Source: an uncultured Gammaproteobacteria bacterium (GTDB lineage Bacteria; Patescibacteriota; Microgenomatia; JAMCZE01). Taken from it: a stretch of DNA of 64,000 nucleotides. The notes under the pieces are model-generated. The model did no database searches. It was not told the DNA's origin and worked only from the letters and a program-made list of their open reading frames with translations. The position numbers and the translations under genes were made by a program. This document shows positions 55,899 to 64,000 of the stretch, piece after piece. Positions within the stretch are counted from its first letter, which is position 1; each line of letters opens with the position of its first letter. The DNA lies in NCBI GenBank assembly GCA_964576435.1, contig CAZNUP010000001.1, forward strand, positions 34,345-98,344, given 5' to 3'.

Positions 55899-57174
55899 TT
55901 CCGTACTGCGCAAGAACTTGAGAAACCCCAGCCGAAACTGTCTCGAGTGCCTCGCTAGTCCCCCCTCCTCCAAGAACTGCGTTAACAGCATCTTGGTAAT
56001 ATTTACCAACCCTTGAGTTGATTCCAGTTTCTCCATCAAATGTAAATCCATCCAAATACCAACTCTGAGAAGTTGGAGCTTGTGAAACAACTATTCCAAC
56101 TACTGGATCACCAGTAACCATATTTGCCATATCTACTCGTGAGTAAGGTTCTCCAAACTCTCGAATCTTAGATTCCGCCGAATACATCTTGGTAAGTGCC
56201 TCTTTGGAAGACAAATACTTTAGAAATTCAAAAGCCGCTGCCTGATTCTTGCTCTTCTTAGAAACTGCCTCTGCCCAATAAGTTGCATAAGTAACTGGAG
56301 TTGAATTGGCAAGTTGTGGAACTGGAGCCACCTGGAAATTTAAATCAGGGTTAATACCCTTAATATCAAAATATCTCCAAGATGGCCCAAAAAATGCTCC
56401 CACTTTTCCAGTCGCAAACGCCAAAGTAGAATTGTCCAGTGTTTCATTCCACTGATTGTCAGAGTTAACAAATCCAGTGTAAAACCCAAGCGCTTCCGCG
56501 GCTTGTGGCAAACTCGGGTCTTGGTTTAAATTCACTCCCGCTTGAAGCATCATCAAGGCTAAAATTTCCTGCCAATTATCAACATTTGAAGCTGTTCCTA
56601 AAGCAGTACCTGAAGTGCTAATCCGCCCTGACGAATCAGTAACTGTAAGTCCTTGAGTTACAGCAGAGAAATCTTCCCAAGTTGTTGGAATTGTCGCTCC
56701 GCCTGCAGTAAATATGTCGCTATTTACATACATTAAAATATTGTCAATTTCTAAAGGCACTGCCCATACTTGTTTCCCATCAGTTAAATCGGTTGAGGCT
56801 ACCGGATAAAATGTCTTTTGGAAATCATTAATTGGATAGGTGTTGGAGGGGAAAGGTGCCAGGTAATTTTTCATCATTGGCATCCACGAATTGTGAATTC
56901 GAACAATATCAGGTCCATTTCCTCCAGAAAGTGCTGAAGTAAGCCTTTCTCTGTACCCTGTCTGGGACATTTTCTGGTATTTAATTGTTACATTGGGATG
57001 TGTTTTCTTATAATCAGCAATCACTTCCTGGTAAACCGATTCCGGTTCCCAAAGTCCCCAATAAGTTAAGGTAACGGGTCCAGAATTTTTGAAAACAGTC
57101 GATACCACAAGCGCAATTACGACAAGAAGCACTAGTACTCCCCCACCAATAAGTAGCAAAATCTTTTTATTCAT
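55882..57174 (-). CDS. Sugar ABC-type extracellular solute-binding protein
   Basis: TM anchor, TYWGLWE, GPDI, AVPLEID, AFATGK, AAFEFLKYL. Confidence 0.87.
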   Translation of the reverse strand: MNKKILLLIGGGVLVLLVVIALVVSTVFKNSGPVTLTYWGLWEPESVYQEVIADYKKTHPNVTIKYQKMSQTGYRERLTSALSGGNGPDIVRIHNSWMPMMKNYLAPFPSNTYPINDFQKTFYPVASTDLTDGKQVWAVPLEIDNILMYVNSDIFTAGGATIPTTWEDFSAVTQGLTVTDSSGRISTSGTALGTASNVDNWQEILALMMLQAGVNLNQDPSLPQAAEALGFYTGFVNSDNQWNETLDNSTLAFATGKVGAFFGPSWRYFDIKGINPDLNFQVAPVPQLANSTPVTYATYWAEAVSKKSKNQAAAFEFLKYLSSKEALTKMYSAESKIREFGEPYSRVDMANMVTGDPVVGIVVSQAPTSQSWYLDGFTFDGETGINSRVGKYYQDAVNAVLGGGGTSEALETVSAGVSQVLAQYGIISSR

Positions 57175-57205
57175 GAGTTCCGCTGGTACAATATAGGCTA
57201 ACAAA

Positions 57206-58603
57206 ATGCCGAAACTTTCGCAACACCTGCCACAACCAATAAGATTTGCCCTTTTCTTCCTATTAGGAGCCTTAGGAACCGCTCTGGTTCTTGGAGCTGC
57301 AATCTATCTTTTCTTTACCTATCATTACCAAAATCGAATTTTTACAGGAGTCAGGGTAAATTCAATTGATGTTTCTGATCTAACAAAAGTGGAAGCAAAA
57401 AATAGACTAGCCTCTCTCACTAAAGATGGTTCTTTAACAATTGGCTCCACTTCCGGTTCCCTCTCAGAAGTAGATGTTAAACCAGACACCAATCTTATGG
57501 TAGACAGGGCTTTTTCAGTTGGCCGCCAAAACAACAACCCTTATTGGAATCTTCTCCAAATTTACTCTGCTTGGCAAGGAAACATCAATCTCCCTTTAGA
57601 GTTGTCACTTGATGACCAGCTTTTAAAGAAAATGGTAGCAAAAGAAGCAACAAATATTGAAAAAACACCAATAGACGCAGTTTTTGAGTTTAACGAAACC
57701 GCTGGTCCAGATGCTAAAGGCAGAGTCAGCACTTTTAAACCCTCGAGTGACGGACTAGCCGTAGACTACGCCCAAATTACTTCTGATATTCTCTCCCAAG
57801 CTAAACAAACAAATAGTGTATTTGTTCCCCTCTATACAAAAGTGGTCCACCCAAGTATTCAAACCTCAGCTGCCGAGAAATACGGTCTCCATGATCACCT
57901 GGGATCAGGTGAATCCTATTTCTATGATTCAATCCCAGGTCGCGTCTACAACATTAATCTAGGCACCCAAAAAGTCTCCGGCAGTTTAATTGCTCCAGGA
58001 GACACTTTCTCCTTCAATGATTCAATTGGCACAATTTCCGCTCTCTTTGGTTTTCAAAAAGCCTATTCAATTATTAAAGGCAAAACTGTATTAGATGATG
58101 GTGGTGGAGTTTGCCAAGTTTCCACTACTCTATACAGAGCCGCATTGAATTCAGGATTACCAATTGTAGAACGCGCCGCTCACGCCTATAGAGTCGGTTT
58201 TTACGAACAGGGTGGATTTAAGCCTGGTATGGACGCAACTGTCTATCCCCCTAGTCCAGATTTCAAATTTAAAAATGACACCGGCCATTGGCTTCTAATT
58301 CAAGCTACATTTGACGACCCAAATAAAAAACTAACCTTTGACATTTTTGGCACCGATGACGGCAGACTTACTAAAATTGAGGGTCCAGTTATTCTGTCTC
58401 AAACTCCAGCCCCAGAACCAATAACAGAAGACGATCCAACAAAGCCAAATGGCACTATAACCCAAGTTGACACAGCTCATCCTGGGGCAAAAACCTCATT
58501 CACAAGAACAGTAACAAGAGGCAATGAAACTTTAATAAACGAAACTGTAGTTACAAATTATATTCCTTGGCCAGCAAGGTTTTTAAAGGGCACAAAAACT
58601 TAA
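57206..58603 (+). CDS. VanW-family protein with peptidoglycan-binding and G5-like domains
   Basis: GVRVNSIDV, RVYNI, FSFN, GGGVCQVSTTLYRA, DATVY, DFKFKN. Confidence 0.9.
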   Translation: MPKLSQHLPQPIRFALFFLLGALGTALVLGAAIYLFFTYHYQNRIFTGVRVNSIDVSDLTKVEAKNRLASLTKDGSLTIGSTSGSLSEVDVKPDTNLMVDRAFSVGRQNNNPYWNLLQIYSAWQGNINLPLELSLDDQLLKKMVAKEATNIEKTPIDAVFEFNETAGPDAKGRVSTFKPSSDGLAVDYAQITSDILSQAKQTNSVFVPLYTKVVHPSIQTSAAEKYGLHDHLGSGESYFYDSIPGRVYNINLGTQKVSGSLIAPGDTFSFNDSIGTISALFGFQKAYSIIKGKTVLDDGGGVCQVSTTLYRAALNSGLPIVERAAHAYRVGFYEQGGFKPGMDATVYPPSPDFKFKNDTGHWLLIQATFDDPNKKLTFDIFGTDDGRLTKIEGPVILSQTPAPEPITEDDPTKPNGTITQVDTAHPGAKTSFTRTVTRGNETLINETVVTNYIPWPARFLKGTKT

Positions 58604-58604
58604 T

Positions 58605-59639
58605 ATGACGATCTTAGGAATTGAAACCACATGTGATGAAACAGCCGTGGCCCTTGTTGAAAATGGCACAGTTTTAAAAACTACGATATTAGCAACAAGT
58701 CTTGATATTCATATCAAATATGGAGGAATAGTTCCTGATAAAGCTGCGAGAGAACAACTACAATCAATTCTACCAATCCTAACTGAAGCCCTGAAGAATA
58801 CCAATCCTTCAAAAATTGATGCGATTGCAGTTTCCTATGGTCCAGGTCTCATAGGTAGTCTATTAATTGGGGTTGAAACAGCTAAGTCTTTAGCTCTCGC
58901 CTGGAATAAACCCCTAATTCCCGTTAACCACTTAATTGGTCATATTTATGCCAACTGGTTAACCTCAGGTATTGAAGGTGTTAATTACGTTCAAGGCATA
59001 CCTGAGTTTCCAGCTTTAGTTCTTCTCGTTTCCGGAGGGCATTCCGAATTAATTTTAATGAAAGGACACAAACAATTCGAGCTTCTAGGTTCAACTAGAG
59101 ATGATGCCTCGGGTGAATGTTTTGATAAATGTGGCAGACTTTTAAGCCTACCTTATCCATACGGTCCTTATGTTGAAAAATTAGCACTAGAACATGACCC
59201 ACAATCAAAAGAGTTCTCAATCAAACTTCCCCGTCCAATGTTGAGTTCAAATGACCTAAACTTCTCGTTCTCTGGCCTAAAAACCGCTTTTCTATATGAA
59301 TTTAAAAACCAGCAAAACTTGGGGAATGTTAGTGAACAATTTAAAGCTGCTCTGGCCTATGAACTCCAAGAAGCCATTACTGATGTGCTAGTCACCAAAA
59401 CTTTAAATGCAGCTGCTAGATTTCATCCCAAATCAATTCTACTAGCTGGAGGGGTTGCCGCAAATAAAAGATTGCGAGAAAAAATGCAAAACTCAGTAAA
59501 AGATATTCCCCTTTTCATTCCTCCTCTAAAACTTTGCACAGATAACGCCGCCGTAATTGCCAGTTCCGCTTTTTTTAATCAAAATGTGACAGAAATTGAA
59601 GAAGTTAATGCCGATCCAAGTTTAACTATTACTTCCTAG
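58605..59639 (+). CDS. tsaD: tRNA N6-threonylcarbamoyltransferase TsaD
   Basis: ILGIETTCDET, GPGL, HLIGH, VSGGH, DDASGE, FSFSGLKT, CTDNA. Confidence 0.96.
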   Translation: MTILGIETTCDETAVALVENGTVLKTTILATSLDIHIKYGGIVPDKAAREQLQSILPILTEALKNTNPSKIDAIAVSYGPGLIGSLLIGVETAKSLALAWNKPLIPVNHLIGHIYANWLTSGIEGVNYVQGIPEFPALVLLVSGGHSELILMKGHKQFELLGSTRDDASGECFDKCGRLLSLPYPYGPYVEKLALEHDPQSKEFSIKLPRPMLSSNDLNFSFSGLKTAFLYEFKNQQNLGNVSEQFKAALAYELQEAITDVLVTKTLNAAARFHPKSILLAGGVAANKRLREKMQNSVKDIPLFIPPLKLCTDNAAVIASSAFFNQNVTEIEEVNADPSLTITS

Positions 59640-60837
59640 TCTTTTTCCTAGTTGTCCCAGATGCTTCAGCGGGTGTAACTTTTGAAGGTTCTTTCAAAGT
59701 AATCATTTCTTTGTGTCTATAAGATAGAACCATCCCTCCAAACCCAATAATCACAACCGCCACATAGATAATCCGACCAATAATTGGAATTAATCCTAAG
59801 ATAAAGAAAATAAATAGCCCAAGAACTATTGCCCACCCTCTTCTATCTCCAAATTTCTTTAAAAGCACTGCTCTCCCAATTACAAACGCCATTACAAATT
59901 GTGCAGCCACAAACGCAAGGTAAGTAACAACAACCAGAAGAAAACTAATTGGAATCCCCACAATTGTTATTGCTAAAAGAACAGCAACTACTGGAACTAC
60001 TAAAATCACCAAGATCCCCCAGCCAAATGACGCTACTGGTTCTTTAGAAACGGCTACTGCTACCTTTTCAAAGTATTTAGGAAATAGTCCTAAAAATAAA
60101 ACCCCAAGCAGCGCCGACACCAAAAACCCACCAAATTCTACAAACGGCTTAATTTTCTCAAAAACTAAAAACGCTCCGCTAGCTCCGAAAAATCTAGGAA
60201 ACTCCTCATCTTTATTAATCTTTTCGTAAGCAATCCTACCTGCGACAGTTGCACCATCTTGTACGACAACTTGGTTATTTCCAGTATATTTAAGATCACC
60301 TGAAACCGACGAGCTTGGTCCTAAAATAAACTCCTGGTTAGCAACGACAAATGCTTCATTGGTAATTGGTGAATTAAGGTAAAGCCTTCCTCCAAAATAT
60401 CTAAATCCCTTGCCAATAACAGGAGCGGCTATGTCCGCATTCCCAGCTGATACTAAAAGACTCCCCGACACACTAGCTTGTTTAGTGACGGTGCAGTTTC
60501 CACAAACAAGTAAAACATTCCTCCCAACAGGACCGTTCAAAACCACATCTCCCCCTAATATTCGAACACTATTCCCTACTTCCCCATTAACTGTTACTTT
60601 TCCACCAACCACAAAAAGGTCGCCATCAATTTTCCCATTAACTGTAACTAGCCCCCCCGCTAGAAACGCATCCCCAGTGATATGTCCATCAACTCGTACC
60701 TGTTCAGCTGCTCTGATATAGTCCGCGCTAATTACTTGATTAGCCGGAAGAAGGTCATATTTGTCCTGTGCATAGACATTTGAAGCAAAAAAAACAAAAC
60801 AAAAGGTAAAAGCAATAAAAGTAAAAAATCTCTTCAT
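59629..60837 (-). CDS. Membrane protein with bactofilin-like beta-helical repeats
   Basis: Signal peptide, repeated V.V.G.I.GD..L.GG units, C-terminal multi-TM domain; start MKRFF at 60837. Confidence 0.75.
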   Translation of the reverse strand: MKRFFTFIAFTFCFVFFASNVYAQDKYDLLPANQVISADYIRAAEQVRVDGHITGDAFLAGGLVTVNGKIDGDLFVVGGKVTVNGEVGNSVRILGGDVVLNGPVGRNVLLVCGNCTVTKQASVSGSLLVSAGNADIAAPVIGKGFRYFGGRLYLNSPITNEAFVVANQEFILGPSSSVSGDLKYTGNNQVVVQDGATVAGRIAYEKINKDEEFPRFFGASGAFLVFEKIKPFVEFGGFLVSALLGVLFLGLFPKYFEKVAVAVSKEPVASFGWGILVILVVPVVAVLLAITIVGIPISFLLVVVTYLAFVAAQFVMAFVIGRAVLLKKFGDRRGWAIVLGLFIFFILGLIPIIGRIIYVAVVIIGFGGMVLSYRHKEMITLKEPSKVTPAEASGTTRKKTRK

Positions 60838-60895
60838 TTCCCGAATCTTATGGGTGCAATTTGAGTTTGTCAATAATTAGTAATAAAATATTCGT

Positions 60896-61084
60896 ATGTT
60901 AGAGAAAGACATGTCCATTTTTCAAATGCTGGGGAACACATTTAAAAGGCTACGTCCAGCAGCACCAATAAAAACAGTCAAAGAAGAATCTCATTTAAAG
61001 CTATCAGATGCCCAAGTTGAAAGTCTTAAAAGACAAACTGAAAGAGCTGCAGCAACCAATACACGTGACCAACAACCGGGGTAA
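60896..61084 (+). CDS. Small hypothetical protein
   Basis: 62-aa ORF with -10-like TAAAAT just upstream and terminator downstream. Confidence 0.5.
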   Translation: MLEKDMSIFQMLGNTFKRLRPAAPIKTVKEESHLKLSDAQVESLKRQTERAAATNTRDQQPG

Positions 61085-61108
61085 AAATGGCTATTGCTAA
61101 CCAACTCG

Positions 61109-61131
61109 CCCGCTAAAATGCGGGTTTTTTT
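61109..61131 (+). terminator. Intrinsic terminator
   Basis: CCCGC-taaaat-GCGGG followed by T7. Confidence 0.7.
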
Positions 61132-61154
61132 ATTTTTTAGAGTAAAATACATCT

Positions 61155-63431
61155 ATGGACCCAAAATACGATCATTCACAAGTTGAATCCAAAACCTACG
61201 AAATGTGGGAAAAAGGCGGTTTTTTTAAACCAGCCGGAAATCCAAACAAAGAACCATTCTCAATTCTTCTTCCCCCACCAAACGCTAATGCCGACCTTCA
61301 TTTTGGTCATGCCATGTATACAGTTGAAGACATCCTAATTAGATTTCACCGCATGTTAGGTAATCCAACCCTTTGGGTTCCAGGCGCAGATCATGCCGGT
61401 TTTGAAACTCAAGTAGTCTATGAGAAGCATTTAGCAAAAGAGGGTAAAAGTCGTTTTGACTTCGATCGCCAAACCCTCTACCAACAAATTTATGATTTTG
61501 TCATCAAAAATCGTTCTTCTATGCAAAACCAACTTAGAAGTTTGGGGTTCTCCCTCGATTGGTCTAGAGATATTTTGACAATCGATACTCAAGTTGTAAG
61601 CACTGTTTATGACACCTTCCAAAAAATGTTTGAAGACAAAGAAGAACTAGTCTATCGAGCCGACTATCTAGTTAACTATTGTCCAAAGTGCGGCACCACT
61701 TTTGCAGAACTTGAAATTGATCATATTGAAAGAAAAGATCCTCTCTACTACATGAACTATGGTCCGTTTGTCATTGCGACAGTTAGACCAGAAACTAAAT
61801 TTAGAGATACAGCTCTAGCTGTAAATCCAAAAGACAAAAGATACAAAAAATGGCTAGGTAAGACTTTGGAAATCCCAGGTCTTTTAGGTCCAATCACTAT
61901 GACAGTAATTGGCGACCCAGAAGTCGACCCAGAGTTTGGTACCGGTATTATGAAAGTTACCCCCGCTCATGATGCTCACGACTTTCAGCTTGGTAAAAAA
62001 TACGGTTTACCTGTTACCCCAATTATTGACCTCCAAGGAAGAATGGATTTTTCCTGGTTCCTTGAAAAGGAAGATATCCCTGAAAAATATCGCCTAAGAG
62101 CTGAAAAGTATCACGGACAAAAAGTCATGGCCGCTAGAGCGCTAATGGTTGAAGATCTTAAGGAAGACGGCCTAATTAACAAAATAGATGAAAATTACAC
62201 TCACTCGGTTTCTGTTTGCTATAAAGGTGGCCACGACATTGAACCAACCGTTTTACCAAATTGGTTCATAAAAGTTGATCCACTCAAAAAAGCTCCAGTA
62301 GCTTCTGTTAAAAAGGGTAAAGTAAAAATTTATCCAAAACGTTTTGAAAAAACCTATTTCGACTGGATGCAAAGAATGCACGACTGGCCAATTAGCCGTC
62401 AAACGGTTTGGGGTATTAGAATTCCTGTTTGGTATAAGGTAGAAGAAAACCCAAAAATTAAAATCGATTTCCTAGATAAAGAAAAAAATAAAGTTACTGG
62501 TCTTCTAAAAGAACTTTTAGAAAAATATTCTTTTGCAGAAATTGAAGTTGGCCTTCAAAGACTTTATGCACCAAATGATGCCAAGTTTATTGTCTCTAAG
62601 ACAAAGCCAGGTGACAATTATCTACAGGAAACAGACACGTTCGATACTTGGTTTTCATCAGGTCAATGGCCATTAGTAACGCTAGGTTATCCAGATGGTG
62701 ATGATTTTAAGAAATTCTATCCTACGACAGTTATGGAAACCGGTTACGATATTCTAGAGTTTTGGGTTTCAAGAATGATGATGTTTGGATTTTACCTAAC
62801 TGGCAAGGAACCATTTAAAAATGTCTATCTACATGGTTTGGTTCGGGATTCAAAAGGACAAAAAATGAGTAAATCAAAAGGTAATGTAGTTAACCCAATG
62901 GAGCTAGTGCAAAAATATGGCGCTGATGCTGTAAGGTTTAGTTTAATAACTGGTGTAGGAGCTGGAGCTGATCAAAATCTTTCTGAACCAAAATTAATTT
63001 CTTCACGAAATTTCACAAATAAAGTTTGGAACATAGGACGCTTTATACAAATAACCATATTAAGCAAGGAAGTTCCAGAGTTTGATTCAAAAACACCTGA
63101 TCTAACAAAAGAAGATAAAGAAATACTTAAGTCTCTAGAGTTGACAACTAAAAATGTTACAAAAAATATTGAAGGTTTTAAATTTGGCGTAGCTAGTGAA
63201 GACCTCTATCAATTTATATGGCATGAATTTGCAGACAAATACATTGAGGCATCTAAAGATAGAATTAAAAATGGAGACACTACTGTTCTTTCTGTGCTTC
63301 TCCATGTTTATTCAAATTCTTTAAAACTTCTTCATCCATTCATGCCATTTATTACTGAAGAAATTTGGTCATTAATTCCACATAAAGAAACCACTCCTTT
63401 GATTGTTTCTTCCTGGCCATCTTCTAAATAA
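61155..63431 (+). CDS. valS: Valine--tRNA ligase (lacking C-terminal coiled coil)
   Basis: PPPNANADLHFGH, GADHAG, ATVRPET, KVTPAHD, DTWFSS, KMSKSKGN; ends at SSWP. Confidence 0.95.
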   Translation: MDPKYDHSQVESKTYEMWEKGGFFKPAGNPNKEPFSILLPPPNANADLHFGHAMYTVEDILIRFHRMLGNPTLWVPGADHAGFETQVVYEKHLAKEGKSRFDFDRQTLYQQIYDFVIKNRSSMQNQLRSLGFSLDWSRDILTIDTQVVSTVYDTFQKMFEDKEELVYRADYLVNYCPKCGTTFAELEIDHIERKDPLYYMNYGPFVIATVRPETKFRDTALAVNPKDKRYKKWLGKTLEIPGLLGPITMTVIGDPEVDPEFGTGIMKVTPAHDAHDFQLGKKYGLPVTPIIDLQGRMDFSWFLEKEDIPEKYRLRAEKYHGQKVMAARALMVEDLKEDGLINKIDENYTHSVSVCYKGGHDIEPTVLPNWFIKVDPLKKAPVASVKKGKVKIYPKRFEKTYFDWMQRMHDWPISRQTVWGIRIPVWYKVEENPKIKIDFLDKEKNKVTGLLKELLEKYSFAEIEVGLQRLYAPNDAKFIVSKTKPGDNYLQETDTFDTWFSSGQWPLVTLGYPDGDDFKKFYPTTVMETGYDILEFWVSRMMMFGFYLTGKEPFKNVYLHGLVRDSKGQKMSKSKGNVVNPMELVQKYGADAVRFSLITGVGAGADQNLSEPKLISSRNFTNKVWNIGRFIQITILSKEVPEFDSKTPDLTKEDKEILKSLELTTKNVTKNIEGFKFGVASEDLYQFIWHEFADKYIEASKDRIKNGDTTVLSVLLHVYSNSLKLLHPFMPFITEEIWSLIPHKETTPLIVSSWPSSK

Positions 63432-63533
63432 TTTTAAAAGTCTTCCCGTAAGTAATCTTGTCTAAAATGCTGTCTAAAAATGTAATTATTTTTTTATTTG
63501 TTTGAGTTTAAAAAATTCACTCAAAAAACTGTA

Positions 63534-63716
63534 ATGACATGAAAGCTCGAAAAAAATACATGGCCCATATGTAAGTACTTTTTCGTTTACCTTAAGGCTA
63601 AAGCCCCTATTTTATACGGCTATTTTAACTCCAAAGATTCGCCAGTTTCGCCTCAGAAGAAAAACCGAAAAGGATGTAAGTATTTTTGAATTCAAAAAAA
63701 GAAGGTTTCATGTCAT
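63534..63716. ncRNA. Candidate structured ncRNA (6S-like rod)
   Basis: Terminal IR ATGACATGAAA/TTTCATGTCAT, inner pairings TTTTCG/CGAAAA and AGGC/GCCT, 183 nt, no ORF. Confidence 0.35.
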
Positions 63717-63730
63717 GGTAAACTTGTGAT

Positions 63731-64000
63731 ATGAATTCACCTAGGTACTATCTAGAAAAAGCCACTCAAAGTTCAAATAAACTGGCATCTAGATATCTCC
63801 GCCGCCTGTCAAAAGAGTTAGTAATTTTCCTGCCAGTCATTCTGTTATTAGTGTTGGGGTTTAATTTTTTTTCAAAAACAACTGTCTTTGAAAAAACAAA
63901 AAATAAAGCATCAAAAAACCCTAAAAATTTTCAAGCAAAATTAGTTCTTGGTGATTTGCTTTTGCAAAATAATAATTTGGATTCTTCACAAAAAGAATTT
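63731..64000 (+). CDS. Membrane-anchored, possibly TPR-like protein (3' end outside window)
   Basis: Open frame MNSPRYYLEK...TM...NPKNFQAKLVLGDLLLQNNNLDSSQKEF. Confidence 0.55.
   Translation, partial: MNSPRYYLEKATQSSNKLASRYLRRLSKELVIFLPVILLLVLGFNFFSKTTVFEKTKNKASKNPKNFQAKLVLGDLLLQNNNLDSSQKEF

Noticed and set aside
61085-61154. T-box upstream of valS
   Set aside because: A terminator is present but there is no UGGNACC antiterminator or specifier; it most likely ends the upstream small gene
1-64000. CRISPR array, rRNA, transposase or prophage
   Set aside because: No regularly spaced repeats or recognisable motifs were seen by eye
1-64000. UGA recoding (genetic code 25/4)
   Set aside because: Conserved genes are full length in code 11 and several end at TGA (gap, pgk, eno, rpiB)

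Overview
A gene-dense, AT-rich bacterial chromosomal window read in genetic code 11 (TGA acts as stop). The gene content suggests a Patescibacteria/CPR genome, Microgenomates-like; this is an inference from the split transketolase, short Pgk, enolase and ValRS, orphan VirD4/HerA-like ATPase, tRNA-Ile(UAU) and sortase- and pilin-type surface proteins. In order, the window holds: ftsH (partial); trpS with an upstream T-box; three tRNAs (two CAU, one UAU) mixed with GIY-YIG, HTH-LAGLIDADG-like and divergent Xer genes; a VirD4-like ATPase; nrdR-nrdA-nrdB with a tyrosyl-radical-less class Ic-type beta subunit; a glycolysis/pentose-phosphate cluster interrupted by glycosyltransferases; an envelope block (two PBP1A paralogues, two PKD adhesins, O-antigen-ligase-like protein, GH18, SpoIID, VanW); tsaD; valS. 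No CRISPR array, rRNA, transposase or prophage was seen. The strongest leads are: (1) a miniature transcriptional Trp T-box with an ultrashort stem I; (2) two nuclease-like genes whose stop codon is U8-A9-G10 of the downstream tRNA; (3) an unconventional AUN-decoding tRNA set; (4) a class Ic-type RNR; (5) a LOG-to-pentose-phosphate nucleotide-catabolism operon; (6) a possible 6S-like RNA after valS. All calls come from motif reading by eye; no database searches were run.
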